Numbered from the stretch's first letter, positions 9,101 to 16,556 are shown. The stretch: 32,000 bases of DNA from Prochlorococcus sp. MIT 0801 (GCF_000757865.1 NZ_CP007754.1:990001-1022000), one strand, 5' to 3'. Numbers and translations are program-made. Notes: a model not told the origin generated them from the sequence alone.

Positions 9101-9208
9101 TTAGAAAATTCCAGGAATGATTTGACCTGTTGTTGCGTATGCACCGAAGGCAGCAACGAAGCCAAGCATTGCTGCCCAACCATTAAACTTTTCTGCTTCT
9201 GGAGTCAT
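9101..9208 (-). CDS. hli: high-light-inducible protein, 35 aa (first gene of the operon)
   Basis: Hand-called: MTPEAEKFNGWAAMLGFVAAFGAYATTGQIIPGIF. Confidence 0.85.
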   Translation of the reverse strand: MTPEAEKFNGWAAMLGFVAAFGAYATTGQIIPGIF

Positions 9209-9226
9209 GATGAAATCCGAGTTGTG

Positions 9227-9244
9227 TATGTGAATAAATGTAAA
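9227..9244 (-). promoter_or_regulatory. HLR1-like direct repeat (candidate RpaB site) upstream of the hli operon
   Basis: The minus strand reads TTTACATT-TA-TTCACATA. This is one mismatch from (G/T)TTACA(T/A)(T/A)-N2-repeat. It lies 18 nt upstream of the ATG at 9208. Confidence 0.45.
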
Positions 9245-9404
9245 TCAATTGTTAAACTACGTAAAGCCCCAAAAGTACGGCTTGCCTCATGAATGTGAAT
9301 TTCAGAAGCATCGGATACCAAAAACATTGTTTAAACAGTCACTTTGATTACATAAGTGGGAAATCAAACTAGAACAATATTCTCTTGTGAGAGGAAATGA
9401 CTAA

Positions 9405-9428
9405 TAAAAAAGTGTGACACTAGTGTCA
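9405..9428 (-). terminator. palindromic hairpin plus T-run after the 9463..9735 gene
   Basis: Perfect 14-bp palindrome TGACACTAGTGTCA at 9415..9428, followed on the minus strand by CACTTTTTTATT. Confidence 0.45.
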
Positions 9429-9462
9429 ATTCACATTATTGTTTTGTTTTCTTTATCAGATC

Positions 9463-9735
9463 TCAATTATAAAAAAAGTCGATTTCCTTAGTTTTTAGCC
9501 CATCCCAACCAGCCTTGATTAATCGTGTATTTAGAGTGTGTTGGTCAAAATGTTTGGATCCAGTTTTAACAATACGATTTCGCATTGATTTCTTAACTCC
9601 ACTTCTTTTTCGGGCATTTTCTTTATCCATGACTTCCCTGTAAAGGGTTAACATTTCTGATGGAATAGGACTTCCATCTAGATCTAATCCAGCTTGGATA
9701 GCGTTATCAATTGCATCTGGGCCAAAAAACTCCAC
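9463..9735 (-). CDS. conserved hypothetical protein (GTG start)
   Basis: ORF track; start codon GTG at 9735; basic central region. Confidence 0.55.
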   Translation of the reverse strand: MEFFGPDAIDNAIQAGLDLDGSPIPSEMLTLYREVMDKENARKRSGVKKSMRNRIVKTGSKHFDQHTLNTRLIKAGWDGLKTKEIDFFYN

Positions 9736-9826
9736 AAGAAAAAAGCGTAATGGACTTATTCTCCTCTCGCATCTACCGAATTCCTGAAATTCTTAGCAGA
9801 AATAATAAAAATTGTGAGTAATTTTT

Positions 9827-10459
9827 TTACTTTAAGCGATAAAAAACTGAAAGGTTATTGGCTGGCATATCGATGACGTTATCAAGTATGAATCCATTTT
9901 CAAATGCAAGATTGTTAACGTTTTCTAAGTTGCGAAGCCCCCAGAGCGGGTTTTGTTTTTTTAAGGATTGATCAAAATTTAAATTACTTTCTGAAGTTTG
10001 TTTCGCATTTCTGAAGAAAGGCCCATAGAGCATCAAAAAATTGCTTTGATCTAGATATTTCTTTGATTCTTCAAACAAAGATCTTGTACAACTCCATGGT
10101 GAGATATGAATCATATTTATGCAAACAATTCCTTTAATTAAAGCCCCAAGTCGATTGGTAATTGGCCAAGGACGCATGTCTACATCAAGATTAAGAGGAT
10201 CAGGCATTTTTGAATAAAGACCCTCATGCATAATCCAAGAATTAATACTTTTTCTATGTACTAATTCGGGGTCACTAGTTTGCCAGGTAATCGATGGAAA
10301 TTTTTTTTGGAAAAATACTCCGTGTTCACCACTACCACTAGCTATTTCTAAAATCAAGCTATTACGAGAAATATAATTGCTCAAAACTTCGGCGATAGAA
10401 TCTCGGTTCCTTGAGGTGGCCGGGAAAATTAGGCGATAGTCGGGATTTATATTGTCCAT
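9827..10459 (-). CDS. DUF938-family class I SAM-dependent methyltransferase
   Basis: PATSRNRDSIAEVL and LEIASGSGEHGVFFQKKFPSITWQTSDP match the DUF938 N-terminus and the SAM-binding G-x-G-x-G motif. Confidence 0.8.
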   Translation of the reverse strand: MDNINPDYRLIFPATSRNRDSIAEVLSNYISRNSLILEIASGSGEHGVFFQKKFPSITWQTSDPELVHRKSINSWIMHEGLYSKMPDPLNLDVDMRPWPITNRLGALIKGIVCINMIHISPWSCTRSLFEESKKYLDQSNFLMLYGPFFRNAKQTSESNLNFDQSLKKQNPLWGLRNLENVNNLAFENGFILDNVIDMPANNLSVFYRLK

Positions 10460-10722
10460 AATTTTTCAATAGTTAATTGGACTAATGAATCAGAATTATT
10501 TGGAGGTTTTTCCTTAGAAAAATCTTTAATAACAAAAATAATCATTATTATTAAAGGAGTTAGAAAAGCGGATGCAGCAACTGCTCCTATAATTCGTCTT
10601 GAATTTATTAAGGGCTTTTTAACTAATGGGTCACCGCAGAGACCACAAATCAAAACACCCTCATTGCTAGTTTTGTGAAACTGATAACGAGAAGAGCAGA
10701 AAGGGCAATAATATCGGCTCAT
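10447..10722 (-). CDS. zinc-ribbon membrane protein
   Basis: From ATG at 10722: MSRYYCPFCSSRY...ICGLCGDPL, then a TM helix. Its 3' end overlaps the DUF938 start by 13 nt. Confidence 0.55.
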   Translation of the reverse strand: MSRYYCPFCSSRYQFHKTSNEGVLICGLCGDPLVKKPLINSRRIIGAVAASAFLTPLIIMIIFVIKDFSKEKPPNNSDSLVQLTIEKLWTI

Positions 10723-10811
10723 TTCTGATCTTAAAAAACAAAATTTAACTATATTAAATATGCCTACCATTATAAAAAGCAAATTAATTTGATTAAATGT
10801 AGGACTGAAAG

Positions 10812-11498
10812 ATGAGAGAAGAGAATGATGTATTAAATCATCTTATAAGGAATCTTGAGAGAATATCTCCAGAAGATTCTATCTTTAATTACAAATCTGG
10901 AAGCAAAGCCTTCGTATCATTAGGACAAGGAAATATTAGTGAATGGCTGGAGACATTTCTTCCAAATACAAGAATAATTGTAGAACCAAAAATCATTGGA
11001 TCAATCATTGGCATTCAATATATAAATGGAGAATTAAACAAGGTCATAAATAAAAATGTTCAAGACATTACAGAAAGCGTAAGTTCTCTAAAAATTATTC
11101 CTAAAAGCCTACCGATTAAAAACAGACTAGAAATACAAGGTATTCTTTACAACGATAAAAATTTATCAAGAAGAAAAAATGAACCTGAATTTATAGAAAT
11201 ACAAAATTGGCAATCACAGTCTAATAGACTTAAATTCTGCGCTTTTCAAATATATCAATGCAATATTAATCATTTTCAAACACTTCAAGAGTTAAAGCAT
11301 CTAAATTTTGAAATTCCTCAAACTCATTTTACAAACTTCATTTCAGATATCGAAATCTATCTTCAATGTTGGAGAGAGGGTAAGTTATTTACAAGCTATC
11401 CAACAAATGGACTAGTATTAAAAATCAATTCAAGAAAATTGCAGAAGTATCTTGGAGAAAATAACCTATCAATACCTTGCGCATACGCCATAAATTAA
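10812..11498 (+). CDS. second standalone LigA adenylation-domain-like protein, degenerate motifs
   Basis: VEPKIIGSIIGIQYINGEL (K-I-I-G), EIQGILY and NGLVLK. Paralogous to 6000..6632. Confidence 0.7.
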   Translation: MREENDVLNHLIRNLERISPEDSIFNYKSGSKAFVSLGQGNISEWLETFLPNTRIIVEPKIIGSIIGIQYINGELNKVINKNVQDITESVSSLKIIPKSLPIKNRLEIQGILYNDKNLSRRKNEPEFIEIQNWQSQSNRLKFCAFQIYQCNINHFQTLQELKHLNFEIPQTHFTNFISDIEIYLQCWREGKLFTSYPTNGLVLKINSRKLQKYLGENNLSIPCAYAIN

Positions 11499-11644
11499 TG
11501 ATTATTGCTACAACGGAAAATGCATCACAAGTAATGGGAGGAGTCGAGATCCTTTCCCCAATGGGATTATTCATCCTAACCATAGGAATACTATTTACAG
11601 TAGGTGTACCATTAACAATGATTTTAAGAGGGAAAAAAGATTAA
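11498..11644 (+). CDS. 48-aa membrane peptide translationally coupled to the LigA-like gene
   Basis: Hand-called: MIIATTENASQVMGGVEILSPMGLFILTIGILFTVGVPLTMILRGKKD. Its ATG overlaps the upstream TAA (TAATG). Confidence 0.45.
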   Translation: MIIATTENASQVMGGVEILSPMGLFILTIGILFTVGVPLTMILRGKKD

Positions 11645-11758
11645 TTTATTTTCACAGACGATTTTATCGAAAATAAAATTGTGAGTAACTAAACAAACAA
11701 CTACAAAAAAAGGATTTAGATTAAACTCGTAAAGATCAAAATTCAATAAAAGAAAAAT

Positions 11759-12196
11759 ATGAATAAAGAGATTAAAATTCTAATTCATAATATCAACTAC
11801 TTATTTAAGTATCTACATCCTAAGAAATTTCATTTCAATTTGGTATTGCTATCAGGATTACTCTTGGTAACATTGCAACAAACTAGATCTGAAGAACTTT
11901 TTCTAAAATGTGTAGGTAAATATGAAATAAATAGAGGTGCTCTAATCAAACCAGATTGGGAAACAAGCTATCTCACAATTAATCTAGATGGATTAATATC
12001 TACAATTGTCGATAAAGGAATAAAAAAAGAAGGAAGGACTTTGATTAGACGTAATTCATACACGATAACGCAAAGAGATAATAGAAACAGGGTCAGGAAT
12101 ATCTACAAAATCAATGGAAAGTATGGTACCTACTCAGTTGAATCCCCACAGAGGTATAGAACTTTGATAGGTACTTGTCAAAAAGGAAGAGGTTAA
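11759..12196 (+). CDS. hypothetical protein with an N-terminal hydrophobic anchor
   Basis: ORF track; ATG start. Confidence 0.55.
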   Translation: MNKEIKILIHNINYLFKYLHPKKFHFNLVLLSGLLLVTLQQTRSEELFLKCVGKYEINRGALIKPDWETSYLTINLDGLISTIVDKGIKKEGRTLIRRNSYTITQRDNRNRVRNIYKINGKYGTYSVESPQRYRTLIGTCQKGRG

Positions 12197-12247
12197 AAAG
12201 ATTGATTTAAAAATATAAAATACTACTTCAATTATTTTCTAAATCAA

Positions 12248-12388
12248 TTAATTGTCACTTCCTTTACTTTGATCAAGACCTTGAGCTCTGCGGTTTTTGG
12301 CAATACCTCCAACGCCAAGCACCAAGAAAATCATGTAGAAAAATAAGGTAGAAATAATCGTAATGATTACAATCGTGGCAAAATTCAT
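12248..12388 (-). CDS. 46-aa single-TM peptide
   Basis: Hand-called: MNFATIVIITIISTLFFYMIFLVLGVGGIAKNRRAQGLDQSKGSDN. Confidence 0.35.
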   Translation of the reverse strand: MNFATIVIITIISTLFFYMIFLVLGVGGIAKNRRAQGLDQSKGSDN

Positions 12389-12714
12389 TAAAAAAATATT
12401 GATTTAATTTGTACTCTAAATCTAACAGGAAGTATCAATACAGCCACTTAAGTAAACACAACAGTAACGCCACTGATAAGTATCGCAAAGGTAATAATGA
12501 AAAAAGGCAGAACCTGAATTTTATTGTTATCCATAGAACTCAATTTTCTCATACATTAATAAAATCACAAAAGAGACGAGACGAATAAATAAGCAAAAAA
12601 ATTAGTAATAACCGGCCTATAATAAATTTTTTTGTATAAAGCGATTATTTAAGAAGACTTTAAGTATAAAAATTATTAGCTAGGATTTAATAATACTTTC
12701 AATCTTAAGTTTAT

Positions 12715-13008
12715 ATGTGGGTAAGCATAGACCTTTGCTTAGTACCAATAGGGGTAGGTGTCTCATTATCTCCATATATAAAGGCGTGCTTATCAATTAT
12801 TGAGGAACATAAGCTTAAGTATGAACTGGGTCCAAATGGAACTGCAATTGAAGGGGAGTGGGATCAAGTTTTTGAATGCGTAAAGAAATGCCATGAGACA
12901 GTTCATAGCAAAGGTGCTCCACGTGTTTATACAACATTAAAAGTAAATACACGTACAGATAAGAAGCAATTATTTAAAGAAAAAGTGGAAAGTGTAAGAG
13001 GCTCATAG
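12715..13008 (+). CDS. MTH1187/YkoF-family (DUF77) thiamine-binding-like protein
   Basis: The pattern VSIDLCLVPIGVGVSLSPYI...KYELGPNGTAIEGEWDQVFECVKKCHE...GAPRVYTTLKVNTRTDK is typical of the family. Confidence 0.85.
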   Translation: MWVSIDLCLVPIGVGVSLSPYIKACLSIIEEHKLKYELGPNGTAIEGEWDQVFECVKKCHETVHSKGAPRVYTTLKVNTRTDKKQLFKEKVESVRGS

Positions 13009-13129
13009 CAAAAGAATTTAAAAGCATTAAGAAAAAGTTTAAAACCCTAAAACAAAAGAAAGATCCCAACATTTACCCATGCATACTCATAGAAGTACTG
13101 ATATAAAAGAGATACCAGCACGGTAATTA

Positions 13130-13231
13130 ATGACTATCTTTGCTCGTCTAAGCAGATCAGAAGTTATTCACGGAAGAGTCGCTATGTTTATCGTTGCTAT
13201 ATGGTTATTCACAAACTATCTAATTCGTTAA
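13130..13231 (+). CDS. 33-aa HLIP-like micro-protein
   Basis: Hand-called: MTIFARLSRSEVIHGRVAMFIVAIWLFTNYLIR. E-x2-HGR-x-AM resembles the HLIP E-x2-NGR-x-AM motif. Confidence 0.4.
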   Translation: MTIFARLSRSEVIHGRVAMFIVAIWLFTNYLIR

Positions 13232-13233
13232 GA

Positions 13234-13371
13234 ATGGCTAACCCTATTAAAACTTGGTTTTTTGAATTAATCGAAGATGCGATAGGCAGTAAAGCCATGA
13301 AGCAATTTAAGGAAGAAGAAGAAGGAAAAAAAAAGAATTCCGAATCAACTGATGAGCCCAAACAAAATTAG
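13234..13371 (+). CDS. hypothetical 45-aa charged peptide
   Basis: Hand-called; the ATG lies 2 nt after the preceding stop. Confidence 0.3.
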   Translation: MANPIKTWFFELIEDAIGSKAMKQFKEEEEGKKKNSESTDEPKQN

Positions 13372-13407
13372 GTGTTAAAGACTCCTCGTTATATAGCTAA
13401 CCAAGAA

Positions 13408-13614
13408 TCAATCCCATTCAGCCGCAACGGCTCTTAAACCACTAGCAATGATTTCGTTGGGGCAATTAGTATCTTCCTTTAAGGCCTTAGCTGCAAGATG
13501 AACGTTCTCCCAAAATACTGACACTGCTCCAGTTTTTTGATCATCAGAGAATTTAAAGTCCTCAAAAGCTTTTGGCATTTTCCTATTTTTTTTAAGTTCT
13601 AGCAAAAAATTCAT
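13408..13614 (-). CDS. hypothetical protein
   Basis: ORF track; ATG start. Confidence 0.5.
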   Translation of the reverse strand: MNFLLELKKNRKMPKAFEDFKFSDDQKTGAVSVFWENVHLAAKALKEDTNCPNEIIASGLRAVAAEWD

Positions 13615-13763
13615 TCATCAACCTTAATCTTCACTGCTTCAATGTAATTATCTTTTTTATTATCTAAAAATAGTTTCCTTGTGATTAAGACTGCCATGGT
13701 CGTTAAAAATATAAAGCCAACACTTTGAATAAAATCTATATAGGTTGCCAAAAAATGAGTCAT
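13611..13763 (-). CDS. 50-aa membrane peptide coupled to the downstream gene
   Basis: Hand-called: MTHFLATYIDFIQSVGFIFLTTMAVLITRKLFLDNKKDNYIEAVKIKVDE. Its TGA overlaps the next ATG (ATGA). Confidence 0.4.
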   Translation of the reverse strand: MTHFLATYIDFIQSVGFIFLTTMAVLITRKLFLDNKKDNYIEAVKIKVDE

Positions 13764-13841
13764 TGGGAACTTGATTTTTTCAAATGTAGAGCAAAAAAAT
13801 CAAATGACAAATTCAACAACACAAAAGCAATAAAGAGTAAC

Positions 13842-13982
13842 TTAATGATCTGTTGAAGCCAAATAACTATCACCCAATAAGGTACCAGTACCAAGATCAA
13901 AAACATTATCAAGGTTAGATAGCAACTCTTTTAATTCTTCTCCGCTGATTCTTTTAATTTCTTGGTAAGTTTCTTTTGACAT
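13842..13982 (-). CDS. hypothetical 46-aa acidic peptide
   Basis: Hand-called: MSKETYQEIKRISGEELKELLSNLDNVFDLGTGTLLGDSYLASTDH. Confidence 0.3.
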   Translation of the reverse strand: MSKETYQEIKRISGEELKELLSNLDNVFDLGTGTLLGDSYLASTDH

Positions 13983-14169
13983 AGAAATAATAAAATCAGA
14001 TGCAAATTTAACCACTCCTAATCAGCTTCAGAGACCGTAAAGACCGATAGGGGTAATTGCCTTTTGGAATACTTCAATAAAAAGAAATTATGACAATAAT
14101 TAGTTTGCTTACATTAAGAATTCTAATCAATACCACAAAGAAAATAACGATACCTATGAGTAATTGATG

Positions 14170-14855
14170 TTAAGTAATTATTCCTACACGGCTGATAGTG
14201 GTTTGTTCTTATATTTTTTGAACTTCTCAGGACAACCTTCTTTTTATACTGAGCTTTAGAAGGTTGTTTCTTTGAATAAAAAACGTCAGTGCTCCTCCCC
14301 AGAAGCCAATCAACCGATGACCAGTGCAATTGATTGCCTGACGTACACATATCCTAGATTTTCCTTTTCATCAATAGTTCTGTAGGACCGTACGTCTTAG
14401 GCAGGGAAACCGTAGAAAGAATAAACCTCTTTTAATTAGACATTTAAAAAGGGCCCGAGGGGGCCCTTTTCCTTTACCGATTCTTTGGAAGCTTCTGGAT
14501 ATTGGTGGCCTGGGGCCAAGTGTCTAGTAGAAAGGCTTTTTTACTCCGTTAGGGCACCTAAACGATGCAGAGGAGGTTCGACTGAATTGACGCACCTAAA
14601 TCATTGATCCTTGTCGCATCAGACGAATAGCCCACTTATTCTTTGAGAATGTTGGAGCAGGAACCAGAATTCAGTTCGCTTCTCTTAAATACTCAGGTGG
14701 AGTGTCGACCATCAATGGTGCCTCTGAGCTCAACAAACGTATCTTTGCTCTATTCGCACCTCAACGCAATCAGCCTTAATGCCCATTGCATTTCCACTAC
14801 ACCTGATCAAAAATAGTAAGTTTGGGGTCTAGCTAAGATCTAATTAATAAATCAA
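14170..14855. repeat. 686-bp direct repeat, copy A (non-coding, GC-enriched)
   Basis: Block-by-block comparison with 24756..25441 (offset 10586) found one mismatch (14845 T vs 25431 C). Identity ends sharply on both sides. Confidence 0.95.
14446..14475. terminator. GC-clamp hairpin with A-run and T-run flanks (bidirectional terminator-like) inside repeat copy A
   Basis: AAAAA-GGGCCC-GAGG-GGGCCC-TTTTCCTTT. The minus strand reads GGGCCC-CCTC-GGGCCC-TTTTTAAAT. Confidence 0.6.
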
Positions 14856-14856
14856 T

Positions 14857-15201
14857 ATGTCGAGAGAACAAACAAGCAAACAAGATCAAATAAGCAATTT
14901 CGGTGAAATAGCTAAAGGATGTAGAACTGATCATCAAAAGATTGAATTTTTCGATTCAGCTAAGGAAGCATTTTTCACAGATTCAATTGAATCTACAAGC
15001 TCGGTTAATGAAGATATCCCTAAAGACTTAGACGACGGGTTTTACGTATACGCAAATATGAAAAAACTTAGCGAAACGGAGCTTGAAGAGTTGAAAAGTC
15101 TGCCATGGCAAGAATACCCAGAAAACTTTAAGATATTTTTATTCGATTTTTGCATCTTAAATGGTGATGCATATTCAAAATACTTCCCCAATTCAAAGTA
15201 G
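14857..15201 (+). CDS. hypothetical acidic protein
   Basis: ORF track; the ATG lies 1 nt after the end of repeat copy A. Confidence 0.55.
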   Translation: MSREQTSKQDQISNFGEIAKGCRTDHQKIEFFDSAKEAFFTDSIESTSSVNEDIPKDLDDGFYVYANMKKLSETELEELKSLPWQEYPENFKIFLFDFCILNGDAYSKYFPNSK

Positions 15202-15206
15202 TTTTA

Positions 15207-15353
15207 GTGATTTTCAGAGGTGTCAGCAAAGACAATCCTGAAAAAGCGATCGTTGTAGTTCAAGCTTATGAGGGTGTCTTAGAAAAACATATACAAGAGA
15301 ACATTGAAATATTTGAAAAAAATGGTGCAGTCCATGAGTACGGCAGAACCTAG
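15207..15353 (+). CDS. hypothetical 48-aa protein (GTG start)
   Basis: Hand-called: VIFRGVSKDNPEKAIVVVQAYEGVLEKHIQENIEIFEKNGAVHEYGRT. Confidence 0.25.
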   Translation: MIFRGVSKDNPEKAIVVVQAYEGVLEKHIQENIEIFEKNGAVHEYGRT

Positions 15354-15433
15354 TCTCTGGTCTTGAGGATCCAAATTGCTTAGGTATAAATAAAGAATCA
15401 ACTCAAAAGATTAGTCTCAATTAAATCTGAACA

Positions 15434-15703
15434 ATGATTAGAAATCTGTTTTTCTTAATTCTCGGAGCATTTAGCGGTCTTTGGTTTATATGGCCTCAAA
15501 TCATTACGACCAAAGGTTGGGAATGCACAAAAGATGTGATTGCATCTTCTAATGAAGATTTAACAGATATTGAATCATTAGTTGAATCCTTGCCAAACAG
15601 AATCAAATTAGGCTTGGCTGTTTCCCCAAAAACATTGCTAAAGAGAGAGAACCTTACTCGTATCGAGAAGCTCAGAATTGTTGGAGATGCTTGCTTTAGA
15701 TAA
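15434..15703 (+). CDS. hypothetical protein with N-terminal signal/anchor
   Basis: ORF track; LFFLILGAFSGLWFIW hydrophobic N-terminus. Confidence 0.5.
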   Translation: MIRNLFFLILGAFSGLWFIWPQIITTKGWECTKDVIASSNEDLTDIESLVESLPNRIKLGLAVSPKTLLKRENLTRIEKLRIVGDACFR

Positions 15704-15757
15704 TTTAAAACCACAAACGAAAATTATCATTATAAATATCAACAAAAAGTTGGCGTC

Positions 15758-16261
15758 TTAACTTATCAAAGCAATTGCTTCTTTTAATTCGTTCGCATGA
15801 TTGATCTCATCTTGAGCAATTTCACGTATCCTCTGATCGTTTGGATTAACTGTTAGATACTTTGCATAAGTTTCATACGCATGCTCTTCAATTTTTATAT
15901 TGATATCGTATGCATTTGATGGAGAGAGTAAGTAATAAAAAACCATTACCCAGTAATAGAAGAGCACTAAATGCCTTGCAAGAAATCGATCAACCCAATA
16001 TCTATTGCCGCTTCGTGATTCCATCTCTTCTAAATGCTCCGTCTCATTGATTGCTTGGTAAAAATGAGCCTTCATGAGCTTGTTGCTTAAAGGAGTCTTT
16101 AGGCCAAGCGACTCTTGTAAATGCAAAACTGATAAGAATGCAAAATAAGGTGCTCTAGCAATTACCTCAAGAACCCAAAAACGTTGAATCGGTCTACCTT
16201 CGTAGATCCGATCAAGAATGTTTACACTGAAATTTAAAACAAATGAATTAATACCTTTCAT
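15758..16261 (-). CDS. ptox: plastoquinol terminal oxidase (PTOX, alternative-oxidase-like di-iron protein)
   Basis: Di-iron carboxylate motifs: LEVIARAP, NETEHLEEM, EEHAYETY, DEINHANEL. Size 167 aa. Confidence 0.9.
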   Translation of the reverse strand: MKGINSFVLNFSVNILDRIYEGRPIQRFWVLEVIARAPYFAFLSVLHLQESLGLKTPLSNKLMKAHFYQAINETEHLEEMESRSGNRYWVDRFLARHLVLFYYWVMVFYYLLSPSNAYDINIKIEEHAYETYAKYLTVNPNDQRIREIAQDEINHANELKEAIALIS

Positions 16262-16379
16262 AATTCCTTAGCCCACTATTTAAGTATAAATACTTAACGC
16301 AACGATTTGAGTTGTAACTTATTTATTTAACTATCGATAGCAACTGGAGCAGAATGTGGAAGTAGGCCGAAGATTAAAT

Positions 16380-16556
16380 CTATCTTGCTCGGACAGGTTT
16401 GTAAGCAGGAATCATCTTTCCTCCACCGAAATCGTCATCATCGTCTGGAAGCGCTCTTGAGATTAGTTCTACGAGGACTAGAGCAGCCATAGGATAGAAA
16501 CACCATAAAACAGCTTTCCAGATGGGAAATGAGTCAACTAGCTGAAGCTCAGACAT
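16380..16556 (-). CDS. 58-aa TM protein with a poly-Asp-GGG-M tail (family member 1)
   Basis: Hand-called: MSELQLVDSFPIWKAVLWCFYPMAALVLVELISRALPDDDDDFGGGKMIPAYKPVRAR. Confidence 0.5.
   Translation of the reverse strand: MSELQLVDSFPIWKAVLWCFYPMAALVLVELISRALPDDDDDFGGGKMIPAYKPVRAR

Noticed and set aside
14123-14350. 75-aa minus-strand ORF (and its 100-aa counterpart at 24634..24936) starting inside the 686-bp repeat
   Set aside because: The first 60 codons are inside the repeat, but the two copies run out of it into unrelated sequence with different C-termini. One of them is antisense to the 24498..24728 gene. The ORF spans a 10-bp hairpin and has no recognisable domain, so it is most likely a chance ORF.
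14380-14395. NtcA-like site GTAGGACCGTAC inside the repeat
   Set aside because: The spacing is GTA-N6-TAC, not the canonical GTA-N8-TAC.
14569-14590. tRNA-like T-loop GGTTCGACT inside the repeat
   Set aside because: The flanking bases cannot form a T-stem and there are no acceptor or anticodon arms.
14170-14855. The repeat as an ORF-less group II intron
   Set aside because: The minus strand has a GTGCGA and later a GACGTACGGTCCTAC stretch. I could not build a domain V hairpin with the catalytic AGC triad and GNRA loop, or proper 5' and 3' boundaries. The resemblance is too weak.
14170-14855. The repeat as a MITE, an IS remnant or an integrative-element att site
   Set aside because: The left and right ends are not reverse-complementary, so there are no terminal inverted repeats. 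The flanks differ at both copies, so there is no target-site duplication. No tRNA fragment and no transposase or integrase gene occurs anywhere in the window.
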